64,000 bases of DNA from an uncultured Chthonomonadaceae bacterium (GCA_963817895.1 CAWFQB010000002.1:320001-384000), one strand, 5' to 3'; positions 48,339-59,110 are shown, counted from the stretch's first letter. Numbers and translations: made by a program. The notes: generated by a model from the sequence alone, not told the origin.

Positions 48339-50978
48339 ATGAAAACGCGCATGGATTTCCCGACCGGCACTGTCACGCTGGCCTTTACCGATATAGAGGG
48401 TTCCTCCGAACTGTCGGAACGGCTGCAAATCGCCTTTGAGCCAACGCGGGAAACCCATTTTCGCCTGCTGCGCGAAAGCGCGACGCGCTGGAACGGGCTG
48501 GAAGTCGGAACCGCAGGCGATAGCCTCTTCCTCGTCTTTGTCCGCGCTGCCGACGCCGCGCAGTGGGCGGTGGACGCGCAAAAGGCGCTGTTCGCCTACG
48601 CCTGGCCTCCTGACGTGGGAACGCTCAAAGTGCGCATGGGAGTGCACACGGGCGAACCCTATCCCCACGAGGACGCGGGCAAGCCCAACTACTTCGGCCC
48701 TGCCGTGAATCGCGCCGCCCGCGTCATGGGCGCGGGGCATGGCGGACAGATACTCCTTTCCGAACCCGCCCGCGCTCTTGCCCTTTCCGCCCTGCCCTCC
48801 GACATTACTTTTCAGGATATGGGAACGCACCGGCTCAAAGGCGTGGGCGAAGAGCGGCTGTGGCAGGTGACAACTCCCGACCTGCCCGCCGAGTTCCCGC
48901 CCCTCCACACCCTCAACCCTGCCCGCCACAACCTGCCGCCTGCCCCGACCCCCTTCCTCGGACGCGAAAAAGAGATTGCCGACTGGCAGGCGCGGCTTAC
49001 CGGCGAAGCGCGGAATTCTGCCGAATCGAACACAGGTGATGCCCCTCCCCAAACGCGCCTGCTGACGCTGACCGGTTTTGGCGGCATGGGCAAAACCCGC
49101 GCCGCCCTCCATCTCGCCGAATTGTGCGTGGAACGGTTTGAACAGGGCGTATGCTGGATTGAATTGGAGGACGCTCGCTCGCCCGACGAGTTGTATCTGA
49201 AAGTGGCGCAGTCCCTGAAGTTCGACCTGCGCTCCGACAATCCCCTGCGTGAACAGAGTTTCGCGTTTTTATCCGAACGGGAAATGCTGCTCGCGCTCGA
49301 CAATTGCGAACAAATTACCGGCATCGCCGCGTTTGCAGCCGACCTGCTCAAAGCCGCCCCGAAAATTTCCCTGCTCGTCACGTCCCGCGCCGCCCTCGAC
49401 GCGCAGGCGGAAACCGTTGTTGAACTCCGCCCGTTCCCCCTCGAAGACGCCGAGCGGTTGTTTGTGGAACGCGCCCGCGCCCGCCGTGACGATTTTGCCC
49501 TCACGCCCGAAAACGCCGCAGACATCACCGCCCTGTGTCAGGGACTGGAGGGCGTCCCCCTCGCCCTCGAACTCGCCGCCGCCCGCATCACCGCCCTGAC
49601 GCCCCGCCAGATGCTGCCGCGTTTACAGGAGCGGTTCCGGCTGCTGCAAACCCGCGCCCCCGACCTGTCGCCCCGTCAAAGCGCCCTCCATGCCGCCATT
49701 GACTGGTCCTACGACCTGCTGGCGCAGGAGGAGCGGGACGTGTTCGCGCAGTTGGGAGTCTTCGCCGGCGGTTTTACCCTGGAAGATGCTGAAGTCGTGT
49801 GCGAGGGCCTGGATGTGTTCGCAAGCGTGGTGGAACTGCGGCGCCACTCCTTTTTCGGCGTGGAAACGGACAGGCAAACGCAGCAAGACCGGTACATCAT
49901 GCTGGAAAGTCTGCGGGCGTATGCGCAGGAACGGCTTGCGGAGCGTTCGGATGCAGCGGTCACGCGGCAGAGTCATGCCGGATATTTCGCCTGGTTCGGC
50001 AGCGAACGCATGGCGTTGTTCCGGCAGGCGGGCGAAGCCAACGCCCTGCGGGAACTAACCCGCAATCTCGCCAACCTGCGGGGCGGCCTGGAATGGGCGC
50101 GGAGCGCGGAACGGCTTCCGCTAATCGCCGAACTCGCCCTGATTGTGGGCGTCGCGCTGGCGCGTAGCGGCTACATCGCGCAGGCGGCAGCGCCGGTACA
50201 GGAGGGATTGGACGCGCTTTCCGCCCTGCCTGATCCCCCGGACAGCCTGATGCTGGAATTGCTGCTGGAACGGGCGGGGCTGCATCTGGACCAGAAAGAA
50301 GCGCAGGCCGCGCGGGAACTGGCGCAGCAAGCGTGTCTGCGAGCGCAAACGGTAGGGGATGTCCGCAATCAGGCCCGCGCGGAAAACCTGCTCGGACGCG
50401 CCGCGTATGCCGGGGATGATTTCGACGGGGCGCGGCAGCGCTATCAGAACGCGCTGGCATTGGCGACAGCGGCAAAGCGCCCGATTCTGGAAGGCATCGT
50501 TCGCAACAACCTGGGATTGCTGGAACACCGCGACCCGAATGGCAATCAGGATCAGTCTCAGGAGCATTTGCGGCAGGCACTGGCCCTGCGACGCGCCCAC
50601 AACGACCGGCGCGGGCAGGCCGAAACGCTCAACAATCTGGGCCTGCTCGCTTTTGAAAGCAAGGATTGGGAAGCCGCCTGGAACTATTACGCCGAAGCCC
50701 TGCAACGGGAACAAGAACTGCGGCACATTTTCGGCGTCGCCTACGTCCTGTCCAACATGGGAGAAACAGCCGGGGAAAAGGACGAAATAGAACGCGCCTG
50801 CCGCCTGTTCGCCGTATCCGAGCGCCTGCTGCTCGACGTAAACTCCCACCTGTCGCCGGCCGTGTCCGAATACCTGACACAGTTCGCCGCTCGGTGTTCC
50901 CGCGCGAAAGAAACGTTTCAGGAAGACATTAACGGCCTGTCCTTTGAGCAAATGCTGTCCTACGCCTGCGCCGCGTGA
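48339..50978 (+). CDS. Class III nucleotidyl cyclase - NB-ARC/STAND ATPase - TPR protein
   Basis: FTDIEGS, GDS, YFGPAVNRAAR; Walker A GFGGMGKT; LDNCE; GVPLALELAA; C-terminal TPRs. Confidence 0.92.
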   Translation: MKTRMDFPTGTVTLAFTDIEGSSELSERLQIAFEPTRETHFRLLRESATRWNGLEVGTAGDSLFLVFVRAADAAQWAVDAQKALFAYAWPPDVGTLKVRMGVHTGEPYPHEDAGKPNYFGPAVNRAARVMGAGHGGQILLSEPARALALSALPSDITFQDMGTHRLKGVGEERLWQVTTPDLPAEFPPLHTLNPARHNLPPAPTPFLGREKEIADWQARLTGEARNSAESNTGDAPPQTRLLTLTGFGGMGKTRAALHLAELCVERFEQGVCWIELEDARSPDELYLKVAQSLKFDLRSDNPLREQSFAFLSEREMLLALDNCEQITGIAAFAADLLKAAPKISLLVTSRAALDAQAETVVELRPFPLEDAERLFVERARARRDDFALTPENAADITALCQGLEGVPLALELAAARITALTPRQMLPRLQERFRLLQTRAPDLSPRQSALHAAIDWSYDLLAQEERDVFAQLGVFAGGFTLEDAEVVCEGLDVFASVVELRRHSFFGVETDRQTQQDRYIMLESLRAYAQERLAERSDAAVTRQSHAGYFAWFGSERMALFRQAGEANALRELTRNLANLRGGLEWARSAERLPLIAELALIVGVALARSGYIAQAAAPVQEGLDALSALPDPPDSLMLELLLERAGLHLDQKEAQAARELAQQACLRAQTVGDVRNQARAENLLGRAAYAGDDFDGARQRYQNALALATAAKRPILEGIVRNNLGLLEHRDPNGNQDQSQEHLRQALALRRAHNDRRGQAETLNNLGLLAFESKDWEAAWNYYAEALQREQELRHIFGVAYVLSNMGETAGEKDEIERACRLFAVSERLLLDVNSHLSPAVSEYLTQFAARCSRAKETFQEDINGLSFEQMLSYACAA

Positions 50979-51011
50979 GGGGCCTTGAAGCCCCCGCAAG
51001 GAGAAAAACTG

Positions 51012-54000
51012 ATGAAACTGCGGACTCGTTTCCTGATGACAACAGCGCTGCCCCTGTGTCTGCCGCTTGCCGTGTTGCCGTCGGTTCATGCGCAGACGCC
51101 TCCTGCGACTGCCGCGCAAGCGCCGCCTGTGGCTGCCCTGTCCGAGGCGCAGCAGGAGGCTAAGGCGGCGGAAATCATCGGTCTGCTGACCGCCGCGTTA
51201 TCTGCCAGAACCGCGCATCACTGGGATGAGGCGCTGCAAGCCTACAACAAAGGGCTGGCGCTGGCCCGCGAACTTCAGAATAAAAGCATCGAAGCGTCTA
51301 TGCTGACCGGTATGAGCAATGTTTACGACAGCATGGGCAAGACGCAGCAGGCTTTAGAAGCCTACAGGCAAGCCGGGGCGTTGGAACATTCAAGCGGAAA
51401 TAAACGCGGCGAAGCGATGGCGCTGAACGTGGTTGGCAATTTCCACGTCAAACTCAATCAATTCCAGCAAGCCCTGGACTCCTACCGGCAAGCGCTGCCA
51501 TTGTACACAGAAGCGGGCGACAAGAAAAACGCGGCGGTCACGCTGACCCTGATGGGCCATGCCTGCAACAAACTCAATCAGCCACAGCAAGCCTTAGACG
51601 CTTACATGCAGTCGCTGCCGCTGCGCAAAGAAGCGAACGACAAAAGCGGCGAAGCCGCCACAATGACCTTCATCGGTCGAGCCTATACCCATACCGCGCG
51701 TCCTCAGCAAGCCCTGGACGCCTTCTCGCAAGCCGTGTTGTTGTACCATGCTCTTGGAGATAAAAGCAGCGAAGCTACGCTGCTGCAGGAGAGCGGCGAT
51801 ATTTACAAAGCGCTGGGCCAGCCGCAGAAAGCCCTAGACTTTTACAATCAAGCCCTGCCATTGCGCAAAGCAAGCGGGGACAAGAGCGACGAAGCTGTGA
51901 CGCTTAACAAAATCGGACAGGTCTACGATAAACTTGGTCAGCCGCAAAAAGCCCTGGATGCCTACAATCAAGCCTTGGAGTTGCGTAAAGCAAGCAACGA
52001 TACAGATGGCGAAGCCACTGCGTTGAGCAACATCGGCTCGGTTTATACGGGCATCGGGCAGTCGCAGAAAGCCCTGGACTTCTACAATCAAGCCCTGACA
52101 TTGCAAACGGCGGCGGGAAACAAGCGCGGCGCAGCCACTACCCTCAGTAACATCGGCGTGGCTTATGACCACCTGGGGCAGCCTCAGAAAGCCCTGGATT
52201 CCTACAATCAGGTCTTGACGCTGCGTAAACAGATCGACGACACCAACGGGCAAGCGTCCACGCTCAACAACATCGGCCATGTGTACGACGGACTCGGACA
52301 GCCGCAAAAAGCCTTGGACTTCTACAATCAGGCCCTGCCGCTCTACAAAGCCGCCGGCGACAAAGACGGCGAAGCCACCGCGCTCAATAATATTGGCAGC
52401 GTCTACGACAGCATCAGCCAGCCACCCAAAGCCCTTGATTTCTACAACCAGGCTCTAACGCTGGAAAAGCAGATCGACGACAAGCGCGGCCAGTCCACAA
52501 CGTTGAGCAACATCGGCCATGTGTACGACAACACCGGCCAAACACAACAAGCCATAGACGCCTACAATCAAGCCCTGCCCCTGTCTAAACAGGTGGGAAA
52601 CAAGATCGGGGAAGCGGCCGCGCTCAACAACCTCGGCACGGTCTACCTGCGCACCGGTCAGCCGCAAAAAGCCCTGGACTTCTTCAATCAAGCCCTGCCG
52701 TTGTTACAGGCGGCCCATGACAGGCGCGACGAAGCCGTGATGCTCAACAACATAGGCAATGTTTACGACAAACTTGGTCAGCCGCAAAAAGCCCTGGTTT
52801 TCTACAACAAATCCCTGTTGATTCATAAACAAATCAACGATAGAAACGCCATTGCGTCCACGCTCAACAACATCGGCACGATTAACGATCACACCGGCCA
52901 GCCGCAGCAAGCCCTGGAAGCCTACAATCAAGCCTTGCCGATGTTGCAGGCAACGGGCAACAAAAAAGGCGAAGCGACCACGCGCAACAACATCGGCCAG
53001 GTTTATGATCACCTGGGCCAGCCGCAAAAATCTTTGGATTTCTACAATCAGGCTCTGGCGCTGGAAAAAGTTGTGGGAAATAAGATCGGCGAAGCCACCA
53101 GACTCTGAGCAACATCGGCACGGTTTACGACAAACTTGGTCAGACGCAGAAAGCCTTAGATTTCTTCAATCAGGCGCTGCCATTGCATAAACAGGTCAGC
53201 GATAAGAGCGGCGAAGCTACGACTCTGACCAACATCGGCACGGTTTATATTGATAGCGGCCAGCCGCAAAAGGCTCTGGAGTTCTTCGCGCAAGCCCTGC
53301 TGTTGTTACGGGCTGCCAAAAACAAAAGCGATGAAGCGACCGTACTCAACAACATCGGCCATGTTTACGACAATATCGGTCAATCTCAGAAAGCCCTCGA
53401 TTTCTTCAATCAGGCTCTGCCCCTGCATAAAGAGGTGGGCGACCGGGACGGCGAGGCAACCACGCTCACCAATATCGGTCACATTTACGACAACATCAAG
53501 CAGCGGCAGAAAGCTCTGGATGTTTACAATCAAGCCCTGCCTATCTTTCGCACGATTGCAAGCAAGCGCGGCGAAGCCGTCACGCGCAACAACATCGGCC
53601 AAATTTATGACCACCTGAAGCAGCCGCAGAAAGCCCTGGATTTTTACAATCAAGCCCTGCGCCTGCATAAGGAGATCAGCGATAAGAGCGGCCAGGCGAC
53701 CGCGACCAACAACATCGGCGGCATTTACGACACTATGGGCCAACCGCAGAAAGCCTTAAACTTCTACAATCAAGCGCTGTCGCTGCAACGGGAAGTCGGC
53801 GACAAGGGCAGCGAAGCGGATGAGTTGAGCAACATCGGCTTGATTTACCGGAAGCAGCGCAATCTGAAGTCGGCAGAACGCGCCCTGGAACAGTCCGTCG
53901 CGCTGACGGAAACCATTCGGGAAAATCTGGGGGGGCTGTCCGCCTCGAAGGTAGCGTATCTGGAAAGCGAACTGGGCAATTACTCCTTTTATGCCGACGT

Positions 54001-55784
54001 TCTGGCACAGCAGGGTAAAGCGAAGGAAGCGTTTGCCCTCGCGCAGAAGATGAAGGCGCGGCGCCCTCCTCAACTCGCTGGCAGGCGGACACGCCGCCCT
54101 TCAAAAAGCGCTTACCCCAGACGAGCGCGTCCGCGAACAAACGTTGCGGCAGACATGCGACAGTCTCAACAAGCAGATGATTGGCGAAGGCGTACGCAAC
54201 GAAGTCGGCGGTAAAAAACGATTTCAGGAGTTGCAGGCGCAGTTGCGGCAGGCGGAGCGCGACCTGAGCCGGTATACGGATACGCTGTACGCCCTGCACC
54301 CCGACCTGGCCCGCCAGCGCGTGGCGCATACCCTGACCGCCCCCGAAGCCGGAAAGATACTGCCTGACGACACCGCTCTGCTGGAATACGCCGTGCTGGA
54401 CGCGGGCAATTACCGCAATAAACTGAACCGTGTCCTCGCGTTTGTGGTCACGCCGGACGGCAAAACAACGGCGCAAACCCTGCCTGTCAGCGCCACCCAA
54501 CTGCGCCAACAATGCGCCGCCTTTCGCGCCGCCTGCGCCGACCCGCGCAAGCCGTATCAGCCCCTGGCGCGACAATTGTACAACACGCTGATTGCGCCTT
54601 TCGCGCCCCGCTTGACCGGCAAAACCCACCTGCTCATTTGTCCCGACGGCCCACTGTGGGACGTGCCGTTCGCCGCGCTTATGGCAGAAGGAAAGGGAAA
54701 GGGGAAAAGGGAAGAGGGAAAAGGAGGAGCCAATTCATCCTTCATCCTTCATCCCTCATCCTTTCTCGCCGCCCGCTTCCTGATTACCTATGCGTATTCG
54801 GCGACGGGGGCGCAGGCCAGTATGCTGGCGCGTCCGAAAGGAGCGACAACAGGAGAGGTTCTCGCCCTTGCCAATCCCGATTTCGGCGACACAAAACGGT
54901 TTGGCGACAGTGTGGTGATTCCGGGGCAGCGTCCGTTTGAGGCTCCCTCGCGTCTGCCATCCCTTCCCTCGCGACCCTTCGAAGCGCCGTCGCGTCCGTT
55001 CTCGGCTCCGATACGGCCCTTTGAAGCGCCTTCGCGTCCGTTGCCGCTTCCATCGCGTCCATTTGAAGCGCCTGCTCGTCCTTTCGAGTCGCCTTCGCGC
55101 CCGTTTGAAGCGCCTGCGCGACCCTTCGAGGCTCCGTCTCGTCCGTTTGAAGCCCCGTCCCGACCCTTTGAAGCGCCTTCCCGTGATCTTTTCACGCAAA
55201 TACGCGGCGGCATTGCGGCTTTGCCCGGAACCCAGCGCGAAGCCGACATGCTGCACAACCTGTACCCGTCTGCCGCCATCTACACCGGCGCAAACGCGCA
55301 GGAAGCCACGTTCAAGGCGGAAGCGGGCAAATACAAGTACCTGCATCTCGCGTCCCATGCCTTCTTCAATGATGCCGCGCCCCTGCTCTCCTCCGTTTTT
55401 CTCGCCGCGCCGCCCAAAAGCGGAGCGGGCAGTGAAGAAGACGGGTTCCTCACCGCCCGCGAACTGCTCGACATGGACTTACACGCCGACCTGATTGTGC
55501 TGTCCGCCTGTCAGACGGCGCGGGGCGAGAAACATTCGGGCGAGGGGATTGTGGGCATGACGTGGGCGCTGTTCGTGGCCGGCTGTCCCACGCAGGTTCT
55601 CAGCCAGTGGAGCGTGGACGATGCGGCAACCGCCCTGCTGATGGCGCGCTTCTACCGCGAACTCAAAGCCGGGCAGGCAAAGGGAACCGCCCTGCGAACA
55701 GCGGAACGGGAACTGCGGCGCAACCCGAAGTACGCCCATCCCTACTACTGGGCGCCCTTCCAGCTTGTCGGGCAGTGGCGGTGA
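51012..55784 (+). CDS. Signal-peptide-bearing TPR-repeat CHAT (caspase-like) protease, split by frameshifts near 53100 and 54060
   Basis: Sec signal MKLRTRFL...VHA-Q; more than 20 ~40-aa TPRs; LHLASHA (His) and VLSACQT (Cys); PYYWAPF. Confidence 0.9.
54930..55181 (+). repeat. 12 x 21-nt coding repeat encoding RPFEAPS variants inside the CHAT domain
   Basis: Counted directly from the translation. Confidence 0.95.
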
Positions 55785-55827
55785 GCGGAAGAAGCGACAG
55801 GGGCAACGCAAAAACGCGGCGGGCTAA

Positions 55828-55929
55828 GAGCCTATCCCAATAGGCGATTGCATTTGCGTCCGAAGGACGCTTGGCCGTAGGCTACTCAGACGGGTACGTT
55901 CTCTGTACCCGGCCTACTGCGATAGGCTC
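55828..55929. mobile_element. 102-bp MITE, IS5/IS1031-like ends
   Basis: TIR GAGCCTATC(C/G)CA(A/G)TAGGC; TAA direct repeats at 55825-55827 and 55930-55932. Confidence 0.7.
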
Positions 55930-55974
55930 TAAACTCCTAAAGAATTCAGCCCGCCGCATAAACGTTCAACAGCC

Positions 55975-56172
55975 TCAAAATGTTCTTGAAATAACCGCGC
56001 GGTCGTGATGCCCGTTCATTGCGGCGACATTCGGGCGGGGCATGGCGTTCAACCGGGAATACGCCGCGCCTGTCAGCGCGATAATAAACAGCAACTTGCG
56101 CAGACCGGCGCGAACCGTTTGAAACCGGGTACCCCCGGAAAGCGCAGGCGAACTATCGGATTGGCGCTGCAT
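55975..56172 (-). CDS. Small single-TM hypothetical protein (65 aa)
   Basis: AGGAG RBS 7 nt before the ATG; LLFIIALTGAAY hydrophobic segment. Confidence 0.5.
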   Translation of the reverse strand: MQRQSDSSPALSGGTRFQTVRAGLRKLLFIIALTGAAYSRLNAMPRPNVAAMNGHHDRAVISRTF

Positions 56173-56624
56173 GGCACAACTCCTGATTCCTGATGATCAA
56201 AGCCGAACAACCCTGACAAAACTGCTGGCAGAAATACGGGCATCGTCGCGGCTTCGACGTTGATAATTACAGAGTTGTTCCATAAATCAAGACAAGTTCC
56301 ACACTCTTCGCGCGCCCCTTTTTATTCCCCATGACTAATACAGAAAAAAGAATTAAAAAACCACGAAAAAAACGAACCCTTTGCCCCACTACCGCTGTCT
56401 AAAATAAAACAGATGTCTACTATAACACGAAGGAGGTGCAGAGTCAATGTTCCCATCTTCCCGTTCGCCCTGACGCTTCCGAGGTCACGACGCCTCCACT
56501 GTAAAATTTGACACAACAAGACATCGGGCTGAAAGCGCTGCATTGCCACTATTTCGACGATCTCTCTACATATTTCTCTCTCCTTCTCTAAAAAAGCTTG
56601 GGAGTAGGGGTTAGGCGTTGAGGA

Positions 56625-58742
56625 CTACTTCAAATTTGACGGCTCCGGCAGGGCGCGGACAAATGCCTCGTCGTATTGACGTTGCGCCAGTTCCAAATCC
56701 GCTCTCGCGCCGGTTTTGGATTGGGGGGCGCGTAAGGATTTTTGCAGCGTGTCCCGCGCTTCAGCCCACCGATGCAGCCGATAATACAGCCCGCCAAGTT
56801 GCGACAAACGGTACGAGTCGGGGGCATACGCGATCTGCGTCTTCAGCGCGGCTTCCGCTTCGCCATAAAGCCCCGCATGGTCGCAGGCATACGCCAGCCA
56901 GTCGCCGATGACGTGATCGGCAGGGTTGAGCATTTGCGAGGCGCGGTAATCCCCGGCGGCTTCATTCCAACGCCCCAGCATCTGATACACGGAGCCGCGC
57001 GCTTGCAGGGTATTGGCGAGATAGGGGATGTTGTTATAGCGCAGGCTGCTGCCGCTGGCCGCGCGCCGGGGCCAATCAGACTTGCGGCCCGCCTGCGTGA
57101 TTTCCGCTGGAGTACGCGCTTCGGGAACCATCTGCCGCAGCATCTTGTTGTAGCTTTCCAGCGCCTTTTCGCCCTCACCCGCCTGCGCGAATACGTAGGC
57201 TTCTCCGCCCCGCGCCGGAGTGAAATTCGGGTCGGCATGCATTTCGGCGTACATCAGTTGCAAGTCGTTACGCCATTCCGGTATGTCGGCGCGGGTAATC
57301 ACAACAAAGCGGATACAAACAGCCGACAGCGTGAACAAAAGCAGAACCGGGCCAATATGTTTCCAAAAGGGAGCCGATAAACGCCACGCTGCCGCCCACG
57401 TTTCAAAACCATACGCGAAACCGGCGCCGAGCAATCCGCACACGCCGAACAGGGGAATGGCGGCGCGATACGGCGCGACAAACTGCGACGGCACGGGTAA
57501 AATGTTCAGGCACGGCAACAGGGTCAGCAGCAGCCACAGCAGACAGAACCGGCAGGCCGGATTGCGCCACAAGCGTAAAAGCAGCCACAGGGTAAATCCA
57601 AGCGCCGCATATCCGCCAACCGCTACGCCTATGGGTGGCGGCGTGGGCAAATCCGGCGGCAGATTCTGTCCCAACGGCCCCAACGCCGCCCAATCCCACG
57701 GGCCAAGCGTGGAACCGTGCATGTGATCTACCGTGGGCCACAAAAACGCGCCCGCATAGTACCAGCACGTTCGCCCGATCATCTGAATATGCAGCGGCAA
57801 ACTCCACAGCGAATGTGAGAAAAACGTCCGGGTTGGATCGTGCATCTGCTCTGTTTGGGACACATGCCTCGCCATCTTCAGAAACTGCGCAATGGGAATC
57901 GCAAACACGCCGAGCCACCACAAACGCTCCCACGCAATCTGTTTCTGATGCAATGTGACCAGCAGAGGCGCAAGCAACACCATCAGCAGGCACTGCTCTT
58001 TGGTAAAGATCGCCGCCGTAAACGCCAGCAGGGACAGGAACAGCCATGCAAAGGATGAAGCATGAAGGATGAAGGATGAATTAGCGGAGAGTTGAGAGTT
58101 GATAGTTGGTAGGGTTTCCTCTCCTTCTCGTATCTCGTATCTCGTATCTCGTATCTTTTCCTTTTCCCTTTGTCCCATTTTCAGCAGTCCAATAGCGTAC
58201 AGGGCAAGGAAGATCAAAGCCATTGTATCGGGGCGACCGCCGATGAAAGTGGTGACGGGAACATGCAGGGGATGCAGGGCGAACAATGCGCCGCCAATGG
58301 CGGCGGGCAGGTTGCGGCGAAACAGCAGGCGCAGCAGCCAGAAAACCAGCAGCACCGCGATGCCATGCTGAACCAAATTCTCAACATGGAAGGGGAACGC
58401 TTCATCGCGTCCATGCAGGGGCAGGTTGTGGAACCACCGCTTGCTCCACACGAAACTGACGCCAATCAGAGGACGGTAATAGTACATCATCTGCGGATGC
58501 CGAAAGCAGTCCCATGCGTTTTCACTACAGCCTCGCGTCGCCGGGTCGTGCAGCCACCCGTGATCGTCAATGACCGCTTCCCCCTTCGTCCCGCTCCATT
58601 GCAGCGCCATCGAAAGAAAAGTCATCAGCAACGCGAACAAAGCAAAGGATGAAGGATGAAGGATGAAGGATGAATCCTCTCCTTCTCGTATCTCATATCT
58701 CGTATCTCGTATCTCTCCTTTTCCCTCTTCTTCCTCAGTCAT
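56625..58742 (-). CDS. Multi-pass GT-C membrane glycosyltransferase (TMTC-like) with C-terminal TPRs
   Basis: IDD, YYRPL, LFALHPLH, FTKE and W.ND motifs; TPR tail. Confidence 0.82.
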   Translation of the reverse strand: MTEEEEGKGEIRDTRYEIREGEDSSFILHPSSFALFALLMTFLSMALQWSGTKGEAVIDDHGWLHDPATRGCSENAWDCFRHPQMMYYYRPLIGVSFVWSKRWFHNLPLHGRDEAFPFHVENLVQHGIAVLLVFWLLRLLFRRNLPAAIGGALFALHPLHVPVTTFIGGRPDTMALIFLALYAIGLLKMGQREKEKIRDTRYEIREGEETLPTINSQLSANSSFILHASSFAWLFLSLLAFTAAIFTKEQCLLMVLLAPLLVTLHQKQIAWERLWWLGVFAIPIAQFLKMARHVSQTEQMHDPTRTFFSHSLWSLPLHIQMIGRTCWYYAGAFLWPTVDHMHGSTLGPWDWAALGPLGQNLPPDLPTPPPIGVAVGGYAALGFTLWLLLRLWRNPACRFCLLWLLLTLLPCLNILPVPSQFVAPYRAAIPLFGVCGLLGAGFAYGFETWAAAWRLSAPFWKHIGPVLLLFTLSAVCIRFVVITRADIPEWRNDLQLMYAEMHADPNFTPARGGEAYVFAQAGEGEKALESYNKMLRQMVPEARTPAEITQAGRKSDWPRRAASGSSLRYNNIPYLANTLQARGSVYQMLGRWNEAAGDYRASQMLNPADHVIGDWLAYACDHAGLYGEAEAALKTQIAYAPDSYRLSQLGGLYYRLHRWAEARDTLQKSLRAPQSKTGARADLELAQRQYDEAFVRALPEPSNLK

Positions 58743-59110
58743 TGGTTTCCTCCTGTGGGCGCGGCGGGCGTTCGGTAGGCGCGGAACAGGCGGAGGCTCA
58801 GGAAGATCGCGCCTGCGACAAAGGGGAGGAGCGCGACACTGGCAATCCAGAACCCCGGCGTCAGATCACCGGCGCGGGAACGAACCCATTCCACAATCAG
58901 CCCGCCCCAGACTACCAGAAGCAGGCGCGTCATATCGGCGCGGTTGGCGTATTCCGGGTCGTGGCGGGATGTCCGGCGCGAACGCGCGAACAATCCGAGC
59001 AGCAGCAGCGTCAGGACAGCAAGGAACCACAGCCGCCAATCGTAATAGGTTGTTGAGGGCGGCTGCGGCAATCCGGCAAGCAGCGGGTCATGTAATCTGT
59101 CAGGTTTCAT
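58739..59110 (-). CDS. Hypothetical 3-TM membrane protein
   Basis: Three hydrophobic segments; ATGA overlap with the next gene. Confidence 0.7.
   Translation of the reverse strand: MKPDRLHDPLLAGLPQPPSTTYYDWRLWFLAVLTLLLLGLFARSRRTSRHDPEYANRADMTRLLLVVWGGLIVEWVRSRAGDLTPGFWIASVALLPFVAGAIFLSLRLFRAYRTPAAPTGGNQ

Noticed and set aside
51300..53900. 120-bp periodicity as a DNA repeat array or DGR
   Set aside because: Explained by 40-aa TPR coding repeats; no reverse transcriptase in the window
55790..55830. c-di-GMP-I riboswitch-like words (GGGCAAC, GCAAAA)
   Set aside because: No GNRA-capped P2/P3 architecture; better explained as terminator plus MITE
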